Source: an uncultured Syntrophobacteraceae bacterium (lineage in GTDB: Bacteria > Desulfobacterota > Syntrophobacteria > Syntrophobacterales > Syntrophobacteraceae). Taken from it: a stretch of 64,000 nt of DNA. The notes under the pieces were generated by a model, which worked only from the letters and a program-made list of their open reading frames with translations, had not been told where the DNA came from and did not search any database. Shown piece by piece: positions 9,964-19,262 of this stretch. The stretch's first letter is position 1, and each line of letters begins with the position of its first letter. Both the position numbers and the translations under genes were made by a program. Location: contig CAZZHS010000003.1 of the NCBI GenBank assembly GCA_964654275.1, positions 95,688 to 159,687 on the forward strand, read 5' to 3'.

Positions 9964-10488
9964 TCATGGGGAGGCAATGCTTTGAAGCAAATCGGATGCA
10001 TCGGACCGCCCGCTGGATGCCATTGCGAAAGCCGGTGAACTCTCTTCTTCAACATTCAGTGCCAGCTGCGTGGCATAGGCTGCGGTGCGGCTTCTATGGC
10101 GTGAAAGGGCCCCCAGGACTTCAAGCGTGCGTTCGCGGCAGGATTCCAGTCGCGCCATCACGTCTTGGACTTCCTGCCAGGTGTCCTGGACCAGGGGGAG
10201 GAGGTTGGGATCAGAGCTCGGCCCTGCCTGAATTATCAGATCCAGAACTGCGGCCTGTTCCTCGGCCAGATTTGCCAGGGTTGCCTGAGCTTGTTCAGGG
10301 CCAGGGCAGGGGAGCCCATGTCCTGGTGAAGAATATGTTTCCTGATGGGGAGTCTCGTGAAGTCCCCTGCCGCTCCCCAGAGATGCGTCTCGCTCGAGGG
10401 TGCTCAGGGCTACCTTCAGTTCCCCCGTCAGGTAGAGCATTTTCACCAGAAGATCCATCAAGGATTGAGGCATTCTTTCAGCTTGCAC
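9964..10488 (-). CDS. Hypothetical helical protein, possible flagellar export chaperone (FliT/FlgN-like by position)
   Basis: 174-aa ORF immediately downstream of fliS. L/E/Q/A-rich helical ends flank a Pro/Gly-rich linker. The opposite-strand ORF (9966..10508) is R/P/G-rich and looks like a shadow. The functional guess rests on position only. Confidence 0.4.
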   Translation of the reverse strand: MQAERMPQSLMDLLVKMLYLTGELKVALSTLERDASLGSGRGLHETPHQETYSSPGHGLPCPGPEQAQATLANLAEEQAAVLDLIIQAGPSSDPNLLPLVQDTWQEVQDVMARLESCRERTLEVLGALSRHRSRTAAYATQLALNVEEESSPAFAMASSGRSDASDLLQSIASP

Positions 10489-10545
10489 CGCAGATTCTCC
10501 ATGAGTGAGCGTTGAAGGTCAAAAACAGGCTCACCGGAAAGGGCT

Positions 10546-11037
10546 TCAAACCGCACAGTTCAATCTCTTGGTCTGCGTTGAGGGTGGCTGGATGCTCGCG
10601 GCTGCGGAGTGCGGGAGGGCAGTAGTTTCCTTTGTTTGAAAACCGGGTTGCACGGTTTTGCCGGCCAGCTGCCGTGCCGCCCCCTGAAAACCCTCCATCA
10701 GTTCCAACGCCACATTCTCCACCTCTTTGAGAGCGCGCATGTCGTCGTGCAGATTGGCTTCCGTGAGGCGTCCCATCATCCACTGGTATAAATCGGCCAG
10801 GTTGAGGGCCATGTCCCCACCCGCCTCCCGATCCAGGGCGCAGTCCAATTCGGTCAGCAAAGCCATGATGCTGGAAATGGCCTCCCCCTTGCGGGCCTTT
10901 TCGCCTTCCTGAATTCCTTGCCTTGCCTGTCGCAGAAAATCAACAATTCCCTCGTAAACCATCACCACCAGGCGTTCCTTGTCATACAATGCGTTTGCCG
11001 CAGTCTGCTGGTAGACAATGTGCGCATAAGGGGTCAT
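10546..11037 (-). CDS. fliS: Flagellar export chaperone FliS
   Basis: YQQTAANALYDKERLVVMVYEGIVDFLRQA ... LTELDCALD ... LADLYQWMMGRLTEANL is the FliS four-helix pattern. Start at the ATG at 11037 after AGGAGGAAACAAGATC. The C-terminus carries an extra ~35 aa that look unstructured. Confidence 0.85.
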   Translation of the reverse strand: MTPYAHIVYQQTAANALYDKERLVVMVYEGIVDFLRQARQGIQEGEKARKGEAISSIMALLTELDCALDREAGGDMALNLADLYQWMMGRLTEANLHDDMRALKEVENVALELMEGFQGAARQLAGKTVQPGFQTKETTALPHSAAASIQPPSTQTKRLNCAV

Positions 11038-11413
11038 GATCTTGTTTCCTCCTGAATGTTCATGGTCTGTATTGACATGAGATGGGGACGACAGGCCGGT
11101 CAAGGATCGGCGGAATTTCGACGGCGATTGCTTCGGGCCGCCACTGAACGCCGAAGCATCCATCCTCCTCCGGGAAACCATCGATCGCACGTGCTTTGAT
11201 CCGGCATTCCCGCAACCTCTCGGATTCCCGCCAGAAAACTCCGGGAGCAAAGTTCTGCGGTCACGGTCGCTCTCCAGGCTGTGCGGTGCCCAGGCCCAAA
11301 GTCAGTCTCAGGGTCGGTGTCGATTCTGCTCCTGAGGAAGCTTTGGCGAACAAACCTTGAAGAAATGAACGACTCGCTGCTGTCTCCAGCACCTCTGGGA
11401 GCCACGCTGTGTC

Positions 11414-11433
11414 AAAAAGCACCTGTGGGGTGC
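11414..11433 (-). terminator. Short intrinsic-terminator-like hairpin after fliD
   Basis: The minus strand reads GCACC-ccaca-GGTGC-TTTTT directly after the fliD stop. The stem is only 5 bp. Confidence 0.3.
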
Positions 11434-11434
11434 A

Positions 11435-12901
11435 TCACCTCCTGGTCATGCTCTGGTTCATGTTCTGCAGAGCCGTGATCTGCTGGGCGAGATAGTCACC
11501 CGTTTTCTGATATTGGCCCAGAAGTCGTTCCAGGTTTTGGAACTGAGTCTGGAGGCGACTCTCGGTTTTCAGTATGCGAGTTTCGTGCCGGGCAATGTCC
11601 TTGCTGATACGGTCCACGCTGGTCTGAATTCCTTTGGTTCGAACGGCCAGGTCTCCGTTGTTGTTATTGAGCATGCGGTCAAGCAGTTTCACCATGTTCA
11701 CTCCAAACCCCTCGGCGTCCTGCTCATTGGCCGTGAAGAAGGTCGTGACGTCGTCGAAGCGGGATTGGATGGCGTCGTTGAGGGTGCTGTGGTCCACCTG
11801 GAGCTTGCCGTCCTTGTTCAGGGTGACACCCAGGTCCGAGAGTCTGGAGAGTCCCTCGACGCCGCCCGAAACAAATCCGGCGAGGTTCGTTCTCAGGCGG
11901 TTGCGGATGAGGTTGGTGGTACCGTCCCCGAGCAGAATCCCTGCCCTTTGAGTTTGGGGGTCATAACTCTGAGCGTTCTTGAAGAATTCGGTCACAGCGT
12001 TGTAGGCATCCACAAAGGCATTCACTTTGGCGGCGACGGCGGCGGTGTCCCTGGAAATGGTGAGCGTTTCCGTTTGGTCCTGCTCGGTGGTTCCCGTGAG
12101 TGTCAAAACGACGCCCTTCAAGACATCGGTCACCACGTTGGTGGGTCTTCGAATGTTCTCCACGCCGTCCACCGTCAGAACGGCATCGGAGGCCTTCTGA
12201 GTTTCCACAAGCCCGTTGTTTTCTCCGCCGGGCAAGTAGAGCAGGCGCGACAGTCCCTCTTTGTCCGTCAGGGAGCCGGGATCCGGAGGATTTTCCGGGT
12301 CGGGCGGTTCGCCGGCGGGAGGGGGAGTCTCTGCGGTCACCTCCAGGCGAATCGTGTTGGCTTCGCCCGTCCTCTGCCCGGTGAGGGTCAGATAGCTCCT
12401 GGTGCCGTCGGTGATGACGGCCGCATGGATGCTTCGTTGAGCTTCATTGATTTTGCGGGCGACGTCTGTGATCGTGTCTTCCGCGGATGTAGAAATTTCC
12501 GTGGCCTCGCCGTCACCCAGTTGGAGGGTGAACGTGCCTTCCCCCACGGCTTCTTCAGTTCCAAAAGCTTCGCTTTTGACTTTATGAACTTGAGCCAGCG
12601 AGTGCACGCTGATGGACGTGCTGCCGCCGGTTGCTGTGGAAAAAACGGAGGCGGTGAATGTTGCAGGATTGCTTGAGACGCCGGAGAACTGATTGAAATC
12701 GGAGGGCGAGTCCAGGGCCGCTGCTGCTGACCGAAGGCTGGAGAGAACACTGCGAAGACCCCCGTAGGAGGTCAGTTTCACCTGGTAGGCGGCCTCTTTG
12801 GTTTGAAGCTTGAGGATGGGCTTGCGCTCCAGTTCCGTCAACTGTTTGATGACACTCTTCGTGTCAATCCCTGAAATGAGTCCTCCCACAGAAATTGCCA
12901 T
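11435..12901 (-). CDS. fliD: Flagellar filament cap protein FliD (hook-associated protein 2)
   Basis: 488 aa. N-terminus MAISVGGLISGIDTKSVIKQLTELERKPI. C-terminal coiled coil RLQTQFQNLERLLGQYQ. Both are typical of FliD. Located between fliC and fliS. Confidence 0.92.
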   Translation of the reverse strand: MAISVGGLISGIDTKSVIKQLTELERKPILKLQTKEAAYQVKLTSYGGLRSVLSSLRSAAAALDSPSDFNQFSGVSSNPATFTASVFSTATGGSTSISVHSLAQVHKVKSEAFGTEEAVGEGTFTLQLGDGEATEISTSAEDTITDVARKINEAQRSIHAAVITDGTRSYLTLTGQRTGEANTIRLEVTAETPPPAGEPPDPENPPDPGSLTDKEGLSRLLYLPGGENNGLVETQKASDAVLTVDGVENIRRPTNVVTDVLKGVVLTLTGTTEQDQTETLTISRDTAAVAAKVNAFVDAYNAVTEFFKNAQSYDPQTQRAGILLGDGTTNLIRNRLRTNLAGFVSGGVEGLSRLSDLGVTLNKDGKLQVDHSTLNDAIQSRFDDVTTFFTANEQDAEGFGVNMVKLLDRMLNNNNGDLAVRTKGIQTSVDRISKDIARHETRILKTESRLQTQFQNLERLLGQYQKTGDYLAQQITALQNMNQSMTRR

Positions 12902-13095
12902 GACGCCCTCCCACTTCGGTACGGCAAGGCTGCGTCAAAACCGGCGCAGCCCCATGGAATCGCGTGGCCGCATCCCCGCACATCCCTCCCGCACGCCGTG
13001 GGGGGAAAAAGACTTCTGAGCAGCTCTCCCGAGATGCACGGCGTGTCGGGCATCGTGCGGATCGAGGATGGGTCACCCATTCGCATGACAGTGTG

Positions 13096-13161
13096 CAAAA
13101 ATTTCCCCTCCCTCACGGCTCCGTCAACCGCCTGCGGGATCAGGACGTGGGGGAGGGGAGG
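13096..13161 (-). terminator. Structured region with a U-tract downstream of fliC (possible terminator)
   Basis: On the minus strand, CCCCTCCC pairs with GGGAGGGG across about 38 nt. That interior contains an inner CCGC/GCGG stem. AAATTTTTG follows the outer stem. Confidence 0.35.
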
Positions 13162-13219
13162 TCAAAAGCCATGGTTTACAGACTCACGGCTGATCGAAGG
13201 TGTGATCCGCTGTGATGCA

Positions 13220-15325
13220 TCAGCCTTGCAGCAGACCCAGGACCTGCTGGGGCAGCTGGTTGGCCTGAGCGAGCATGGCCACACCCGCCTGCTGCAGGAT
13301 TTGGTTTTTGGTCAGTGCCGCCGTTTCCGATGCGAAGTCTGCATCGATGATACGGCCACGGGCGGCGGACAGGTTTTCGGTAACGTTGCTGAGGTTGCTG
13401 ATGGTGGCCTCGAAGCGGTTTTGATAAGCACCTAGAGAAGAACGACTGTTGTCAACCTGGGTGATGGCATTGTCCAGGGCGGTCAAAGCAGCCGTGGCGC
13501 CTTCAACGGTGGAAATGTCGATCGTGTCGAGAGCTTGACCACTTCGCGTGCCCCCATAATGCCCAACCGCCAAACCGAAATTCGTTGTGGTGTCGGTGCC
13601 TGTGGTGCCGCTTTCGATGGTGAAGGATTTGGCGGAGGTCAGGGTGATGGAGCCCGTGTGTGTGGAGTCCGCCCCCAGACCGGTATCGGTTGCAGCGAGG
13701 GTATCATGCGCAATCGTAACATTCCGTCCGTCGGCAGCGACAAGTTTGATGCCGCTCGAATCTGAATTGGTGTCGATCGCCATGACGCCCGTCTGACCGG
13801 AGATGGCATTGATGGCCGCGACCACCTGACGACGGTCATCAGCATAGTTGCCCGTCGTGGTGATGGAAGCCGTGTCCACCCCGTTTATGGTCAGTTTTCC
13901 AGTTACCCCTCCAGCGCCGCCCATTGTTGAACCCAATACTTCGGTGGCGTTGGCGGTCGCAGTGACTCCCGTCTGCTTGGAAACTGCATTAACCGCGGCA
14001 GCTTTGGAAATGGCGCTGGTCGCCTTGTCTCCCGGGTTTGTCTCGTAAGAAGCCGTGTCGTAGCTCACCAGTGAGGCACCCACCAGGACGCCGTTGATGC
14101 GCACATCACCCGCTGCCATGGCCGTGTTTGTGGCCGCGGTTGCGACGTAAGCAGTCTGGGCCGCATATTTGCCTGCGGTCAGACCTGCGTTGCCGATGGA
14201 ACCAGTCCCCTGTTCGATATTGATCTCTTTGGTGGAGGAGAGGGTATATCCCCCGTAAAAGATTTTGGCATCGGCGCTTGTGACGTCATCAGATACCACG
14301 GCACCACTGACACCGGTGGCCTGAGCTGTCAACGTCGTCCCATTGGCAAATCCGACGACAATATTCCTGCCGTCCTCGGCCACCAGTTTAACACCACCCG
14401 TATCCTCGCCCGTATCAATGGCCTTTACGCCCGTTTGGGCCGAGATGGCATTAATGGCGGTCACCACACTGGAGCGAGTTGCAGCAGTGTCGGCCGTTGT
14501 GTTGACGGTGGAAGTTTTGAAACCATTGATGATGATTTCGCCGGATGTTGAGGCACCGGTCATGGCAGTGCCGGCCGCGACGTTGGCATTCACCGTGGCC
14601 GTGACGCCGGATTCTTTGGACTTGGCATTGATGGCGGCCACCTTGGCAATGGCGCTGCCCTCCTTGCCGGCGAAAGAGGCCGTGTCGCTGGCTGCCACTG
14701 AGGCTCCCAGAACGACCCCGTTGATCACCAGGTCACCTGCGACCATCGCAGGAGGATCATCGGTGCCGAGAACCCCGGAGAAACCCGTGGAGGAAACGGA
14801 GGCCACGTCCGAAGTGCCCAGTTTGTCGGTTCTCGCGCTGTTCATGCTGATGGAGATGGTTTCATTGGCGTTGGCCCCCACCTGGAATTTCATCTCTTTG
14901 AAGGAGCCGTCCAGGAGCTTGGTGCCGTTGAAATCGGTCACTGTCGCCACGCGGCTGATTTCATCGAGGAGCTGCTTCGCCTCTTCCTGAAGGGCCGCAC
15001 GGTCTGTTGCCGTGTTGGTCGCGTTGGCCGACTGCACGGCCAGTTCTCGCAACCGCTGCAGGTTGTTGGTGATCTCGCCCAAAGCCCCTTCCGCCGTCTG
15101 CGCCAGGGAGATGCCGTCATTGGCGTTGCGCATGGCCTGGTCATTGCCGCGGATCTGAGCGGTCATGCGGTTCGAGATGGCGAGCCCCGCAGCGTCGTCC
15201 TTGGCATTGTTGATGCGCAGGCCCGAAGAAAGGCGGGAGAGGGATTTCTGCAATGCACCCTGAGTCTTGTTGAGGTTTTTTTGTGCATTGAGAGAGGCGA
15301 CATTGGTGTTGATGGTCAGAGCCAT
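13220..15325 (-). CDS. fliC: Flagellin (701 aa)
   Basis: Conserved N-terminal D0/D1 region: [41 protein letters not shown]. Conserved C-terminal region: [36 protein letters not shown]. The central region is long, Thr/Ala/Gly-rich and variable. Confidence 0.96.
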   Translation of the reverse strand: MALTINTNVASLNAQKNLNKTQGALQKSLSRLSSGLRINNAKDDAAGLAISNRMTAQIRGNDQAMRNANDGISLAQTAEGALGEITNNLQRLRELAVQSANATNTATDRAALQEEAKQLLDEISRVATVTDFNGTKLLDGSFKEMKFQVGANANETISISMNSARTDKLGTSDVASVSSTGFSGVLGTDDPPAMVAGDLVINGVVLGASVAASDTASFAGKEGSAIAKVAAINAKSKESGVTATVNANVAAGTAMTGASTSGEIIINGFKTSTVNTTADTAATRSSVVTAINAISAQTGVKAIDTGEDTGGVKLVAEDGRNIVVGFANGTTLTAQATGVSGAVVSDDVTSADAKIFYGGYTLSSTKEINIEQGTGSIGNAGLTAGKYAAQTAYVATAATNTAMAAGDVRINGVLVGASLVSYDTASYETNPGDKATSAISKAAAVNAVSKQTGVTATANATEVLGSTMGGAGGVTGKLTINGVDTASITTTGNYADDRRQVVAAINAISGQTGVMAIDTNSDSSGIKLVAADGRNVTIAHDTLAATDTGLGADSTHTGSITLTSAKSFTIESGTTGTDTTTNFGLAVGHYGGTRSGQALDTIDISTVEGATAALTALDNAITQVDNSRSSLGAYQNRFEATISNLSNVTENLSAARGRIIDADFASETAALTKNQILQQAGVAMLAQANQLPQQVLGLLQG
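13706..14743 (-). repeat. Internal tandem duplication in the flagellin variable region (2 x ~135 aa, four ING...AINAxSxxTGV modules)
   Basis: Residues ~195-327 ([15 protein letters not shown] ... [37 protein letters not shown]) align with ~405-540 ([16 protein letters not shown] ... [37 protein letters not shown]). Each copy has two flagellin 'IN'-type motifs. Confidence 0.8.
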
Positions 15326-15330
15326 GAGTT

Positions 15331-15342
15331 AATCCTCCATGA
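15331..15342 (-). promoter_or_regulatory. Candidate CsrA binding site overlapping the fliC Shine-Dalgarno
   Basis: The mRNA reads AUCAUGGAGGAUUAACUC-AUG. The GGA motif lies inside the SD, analogous to the SD-overlapping site in the Bacillus hag leader. Confidence 0.45.
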
Positions 15343-15353
15343 TGAGATGAGTC

Positions 15354-15367
15354 GGGGCTTCCTGCCC
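15354..15367 (-). promoter_or_regulatory. Candidate CsrA binding site (GGA presented in a hairpin loop) in the fliC leader
   Basis: The mRNA reads GGGC-AGGAA-GCCC(C), a 4-bp stem with AGGAA in the loop. It lies ~15 nt upstream of the SD (~30-40 nt upstream of the start codon). Confidence 0.45.
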
Positions 15368-15552
15368 TTCTTTTGTGCTTCGATGATGTTTCAAATGGTT
15401 TCCACTGGTTTTTGCTGAAATTGGTTCTTCCTCTGGTTCAAACGCTCGGTGCGATGAAAGTGACCTCCTCTGTTCAGGTTTTTGTCTCATCCGGTTCCGT
15501 TTCCCTTTCGCGGCGTTGAGTGGTGGGTGAGAGTCACCCCTCACTTGGGCTA

Positions 15553-15582
15553 TTAAGTCGGAAGGGGTCGGATGAGACTTTA
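15553..15582 (-). promoter_or_regulatory. Sigma28 (FliA)-like promoter upstream of fliC
   Basis: The minus strand reads TAAAGTCT-N12-TCCGACTTAA, against the consensus TAAAGTTT-N11-GCCGATAA. The -35 is good. The -10 keeps only the CCGA core. It implies a leader of about 215 nt. Confidence 0.4.
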
Positions 15583-15809
15583 GAGAAAAACATTTTGGTG
15601 GAGGTCAGGGGGGATTCTTCTAAAGAAGGGTGGGTGATGGACGTCGGAACTTTTGTCTGTCGACTCTGTGTCTGGAGGATCTGTTCCCCATCAGGTCGGT
15701 CGGTTCAAAGGCATCCCCACCCTGCATTCAGAGCTCCGGCGGCTCCATCGCAGGGTGGGCATGCTCTCTCGAACCATTGGAAATGATTCAATAATTCTCT
15801 AACCTGAGG

Positions 15810-16286
15810 TCAGCTCTGACTGCCTCGTTCCAGCTGCCACACGATGAAATCGCCACCCTCCGGCGTTGTGGAGCCATTGGGCGGCAATGTGTACTTCTTC
15901 AGCTCGTCCTGGTCCATGTTCCACTGCTGACCGGTCCTTGTGACGGTATTGACCAGGAGGGGACTCCGAATGTGAAACCGCACGCAGTTTTCTGACCGAT
16001 CCAGCGAAACCAGGTTGAGGATGGCCAGATCCTCCTCGTCTTGCACGGACAGGGCATTGAGTCTCCCAGGGGGCACCCGGTAGCGAAGTCGGTGGACGTC
16101 CGGGGAGCAGACGAGAAAAGCCACATCGGGGTCGTCCGCGGATTGCAGCCAGTGAAATATGCCGTCCCCGTGTTCGAGAAGCACATAGCGCTTGAGCTCT
16201 TCAAAACCGGGGATGCCCCATGGGAAGTGGATGAGCGATCTTTCTTCGATGTTCATGATTCCAAAACGTGTGGTGTTGATTTCCAT
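15810..16286 (-). CDS. fliW: Flagellar assembly factor FliW
   Basis: MEINTTRFGIMNIEERSLIHFPWGIPGFEELKRYVLLE ... FHWLQS ... DPDVAFLV is the FliW pattern. The track ORF (to 16637) runs into csrA in another frame. Start placed at the ATG at 16286. Confidence 0.85.
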   Translation of the reverse strand: MEINTTRFGIMNIEERSLIHFPWGIPGFEELKRYVLLEHGDGIFHWLQSADDPDVAFLVCSPDVHRLRYRVPPGRLNALSVQDEEDLAILNLVSLDRSENCVRFHIRSPLLVNTVTRTGQQWNMDQDELKKYTLPPNGSTTPEGGDFIVWQLERGSQS

Positions 16287-16452
16287 GGGTGTCCTCTGCA
16301 GGAAGTGACCGATCTGAACAAAATTTGCGATCATCCGGGCCTCATCCCTGGGTCGTGTCGACTCAGGAAAGTCCCTCCCCAACGAAATGCTCCGCGCTCC
16401 ACAGACAAAGAAGCGATCTGAAGCAATTCCGAGAGGGGTTGCGGGCCGGCTT

Positions 16453-16683
16453 TCACTTGTGCGCCATGTGCAGCACAATTTTCTCCAGGTCGTGAGGATC
16501 GACGGCAATGGCTTCACGGTTCTCGCGCTGCACGCGGTCGTAGATTTCCGAACGGTGCACGGGCACTTCCGCGGGGCTCCGTATGCCGAGTTTGACCTTG
16601 TTTCGATCGATGGAGGTGACCACGATTTCGATGTCATCCCCGATGCGAATCGATTCGCCGAGTTTTCTAGTGAGCACGAGCAT
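16453..16683 (-). CDS. csrA: Carbon storage regulator / translational repressor CsrA
   Basis: 76 aa. [48 protein letters not shown] is near-consensus CsrA. Confidence 0.95.
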   Translation of the reverse strand: MLVLTRKLGESIRIGDDIEIVVTSIDRNKVKLGIRSPAEVPVHRSEIYDRVQRENREAIAVDPHDLEKIVLHMAHK

Positions 16684-16928
16684 GTCTGGGATTTCTCCCT
16701 CTTGCGGGGAAATGTGCGTTGACTCTCATGACCCTCTGCGGCCCATCGAGGAAAGGAAGGCGGCCCGTGCGCGTCGTGAGCCTTCCCACCATGAAGAAAG
16801 GTTTCGATTCTCTTGAACGGGTTTCAAAACCTGTGCTTCCCCTCGAGCGCATCGTGTTGGCCTATCCTGAGGCGCCCTTCTGAATGCCGCCGCATCGCGG
16901 GTGGCCTCCCGGACTCTCTCCCGCACCC

Positions 16929-17789
16929 CTAATTGCTCAGGAACTGCTGTGTCTCGTCCAGGGCCATCACCACATCGGCCATGAACCTTTCGATCATCGC
17001 GGAGGTGAGGTTCAAATCCAAAAACACCCGGTCCCCGTTTGGTTGCAAGAATCCGTCCACACCACAACCCACACCCACTGCGGAGACCATACGGTTCGCC
17101 GCGTAGACGATGGCTGCCACCTGACCGTGTTCCCTGGCTTTTTGCGGGGTGTGGTGGCACCCGATGGCAGTGATCACGGGAGGTGGGAAGTTCCAGCGAT
17201 GCGCAATCAGTGCCCCCAGCTGCTGGTGGTCAATGCCCAGTACCCGACGCTCCGCGTCCAGGAAAGACAGTTTCTCTTCGTGCACCAGGTAGTAGATGCC
17301 GTCGAGGTAATCCTCGACATAGAAACTCAAAATGGTCTTGCCGATGTCGTGCAGGAGCCCCCCTGTGTAGGCCACATAACGGCTGGGACTGTCAATTTCT
17401 TGGGCAACCCTGTCGGCAAGAATGGCGGTCCCCACCGCATGCTCCCAGAGTTCGCCCTCCTGCAAATCATATCCCAGCGCATGGGCCGTGAAATATTTGC
17501 TGGCACAGGCAGTCAAAATGACCGTCACCAACTGACGGGTGCCGAGCGACACAATGGCCTCTTTGAGTGATTCGATCCTGGTGCGCCTGGAGAAGAGAGT
17601 AGATTGGCTCATGGCAAGCACCCGGGAAGCAATGATCGGATCCAGCCGGATGACCGCCTCGATTTCCGAGACGGATGCCATGGAACGTATGAGAGGCATG
17701 ACCTTGGTGACGACCTGGGGGAAGGGTGGAAGCCGGTCGGCGGCCTGCATGATTTCTTCCAGCAAGGGCGTCAAAGCGGTGGCACTCAT
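16929..17789 (-). CDS. Stand-alone HDOD domain protein
   Basis: LPPFPQVVTKVMPLI, DPIIASRVLAMSQSTLF, GLLHDIGK and CHH are HDOD features. Start at the ATG at 17789 after GGAGGAAATGCCCC. Confidence 0.8.
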   Translation of the reverse strand: MSATALTPLLEEIMQAADRLPPFPQVVTKVMPLIRSMASVSEIEAVIRLDPIIASRVLAMSQSTLFSRRTRIESLKEAIVSLGTRQLVTVILTACASKYFTAHALGYDLQEGELWEHAVGTAILADRVAQEIDSPSRYVAYTGGLLHDIGKTILSFYVEDYLDGIYYLVHEEKLSFLDAERRVLGIDHQQLGALIAHRWNFPPPVITAIGCHHTPQKAREHGQVAAIVYAANRMVSAVGVGCGVDGFLQPNGDRVFLDLNLTSAMIERFMADVVMALDETQQFLSN

Positions 17790-18002
17790 GGGGCATTTCC
17801 TCCTGCGCCAGAGACGAAGTTCAGGACGTTGACCTGGGGATTTTAAATGACGGAGGCCGGCTCCGGGGGGTTGATGCTTCATGGGACTCAGTCGGGTCAC
17901 CTTGCACAAAACTTGAAAGCTTTTCCTCCACTGAGTCATTTCACGCACAAGGAACGTCTTCTAAAGCTCGATCGACGCGCAAACGGAAGGAAAATTGCAT
18001 AA

Positions 18003-19262
18003 GTGAGCTCCAGACCGACTCCTCACGACTACGAACTTCTGGGAGTGACCCCACAGGTTGGTGCGGCCGGGCTGAAAAAGGCTTTCCGTCAAAAGGTCAA
18101 AATGTGGCATCCTGACAGGTTCCAGCAAAAAAGCCTGGAGGAGCGAACCATTGCCGAAGAACGATTCAAGGCGGTCCATGAGGCCTATCAGCGCATTCAG
18201 GCAGACCTCGAAGAATGGAAATCAGCCGCGAGGACGGGCCAGGCAAAATCTCGAGCAGGTTCTGCGCAGCCCTCGCCGAAACACCAACCAGAGCGTCCGG
18301 AAACAGATCGAGGAAGAGAGTCCTCTGTGCATGCGGGTCTCCGCAGGTTGCGGCAGAGTTGGAGACACCAGGCAATTATGGCCTGGCAGCGGGTTCGGAC
18401 ACGGGCAGGATGGACAGGAGAACAGAAAAAGCTGCTCCTTCTTTGTGTTCTGATCGGCATGTTTTTATATGTCAACCGGGATTTTTTGCCGGATTTGAGC
18501 GGTCCGGCGCCCGACCCGAGCGGTCACCATGTGATCGAAGAGACTGAGGTGGCACGGGAACCCTTTTCCGGCGCCGTTTCATCCGAAGCATTCGAAGATG
18601 AAAAGCTCGAACCGTGGGATCCGGGTCCTGCGGATGTGCCCGGAAGCGGAGAACGAGAGTCGAACAAGGAATTCTTCACATTGGGTTCCTCCGAGCAGGA
18701 AGTGCTTCAGGTGCAGGGTGCCCCCACAAGCGTGAAGGGAAGGATCTGGTTGTATGGCCTTTCGGAAGTTTTCTTCAAGGAGGGCAGGGTCGAGCGGTAC
18801 AACAATTTCGACGGAAACCTGAAAATTCGACTCATGCCCGCCAGGAAGGACATGGAAGCAGAGGCGTCCTTTTTCACTCTGGGCTCCAGCCGGGACGAAG
18901 TGCTGGCGGTGCAGGGAACACCCACCCGCGTGTCCGGAAATCGATGGCAATACGGCTTCAGTGAAGTGCGCTTCAAAGAAGACCGGGTCGAATCCTACGA
19001 CAATTTTTTTGGGGACCTTCGCATCCGTTTGCTGCCCTCTGCGGGATTCAAGGGCGCAAAGGGCCCTCGCACTTTCTCAATCAACTCCACCAGGGACGAG
19101 GTGCTGGCAGTACAGGGAACACCCTCCAGCATCCAGGGGAACATGTGGTTTTACGGGCTCGCCTCTGTCCAGTTCAGGGAGGACCGGGTTCAGGCGGTTT
19201 TTGACCCTACGGGAACTCTGCGCTTCGATGGCGGAGAAGAAAAACGCTCAGCTTCCCAGTGA
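18003..19262 (+). CDS. Membrane-anchored J-domain protein with three tandem BamE/SmpA-OmlA-like repeats
   Basis: N-terminal J domain (DYELLGV, KKAFRQKVKMWHPDRF with the HPD motif). One hydrophobic helix (LLLLCVLIGMFLYV). Then three ~65-aa repeats. The start is the GTG at 18003, so it is uncertain. Confidence 0.75.
   Translation: MSSRPTPHDYELLGVTPQVGAAGLKKAFRQKVKMWHPDRFQQKSLEERTIAEERFKAVHEAYQRIQADLEEWKSAARTGQAKSRAGSAQPSPKHQPERPETDRGRESSVHAGLRRLRQSWRHQAIMAWQRVRTRAGWTGEQKKLLLLCVLIGMFLYVNRDFLPDLSGPAPDPSGHHVIEETEVAREPFSGAVSSEAFEDEKLEPWDPGPADVPGSGERESNKEFFTLGSSEQEVLQVQGAPTSVKGRIWLYGLSEVFFKEGRVERYNNFDGNLKIRLMPARKDMEAEASFFTLGSSRDEVLAVQGTPTRVSGNRWQYGFSEVRFKEDRVESYDNFFGDLRIRLLPSAGFKGAKGPRTFSINSTRDEVLAVQGTPSSIQGNMWFYGLASVQFREDRVQAVFDPTGTLRFDGGEEKRSASQ
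18663..19226 (+). repeat. Three tandem ~65-aa protein repeats inside the J-domain protein
   Basis: The three copies are FFTLGSSEQEVLQVQGAPTSVKGRIWLYGLSEVFFKEGRVERYNNFDGNLKIRL, then FFTLGSSRDEVLAVQGTPTRVSGNRWQYGFSEVRFKEDRVESYDNFFGDLRIRL, then FSINSTRDEVLAVQGTPSSIQGNMWFYGLASVQFREDRVQAVFDPTGTLRF. Confidence 0.85.

Noticed and set aside
11513-12676. 387-aa plus-strand ORF antisense to fliD (and 14343..14990 antisense to fliC)
   Set aside because: These are typical GC-rich shadow ORFs: Gly/Arg/Val-rich or low-complexity, with no motifs, fully inside genes that carry strong flagellar signatures on the other strand.
15329-15544. 71-aa minus-strand ORF inside the fliC leader
   Set aside because: It is Arg/Lys/Pro-rich with no RBS, and it overlaps the predicted CsrA sites and SD. 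The region is better explained as a regulatory 5' UTR.
16287-16637. Upstream extension of the fliW ORF to 16637
   Set aside because: It overlaps csrA in a different frame and its sequence is Arg/Ser/Cys-rich. FliW homologs start at the MxIxTxRFG motif found at 16286.
17983-18002. GGAAGGAAAATTGCAT upstream of the J-domain gene as a sigma54 promoter
   Set aside because: Only the GG and TTGCA match, and it ends 5 nt from the start codon. More likely it is just the purine-rich RBS region.
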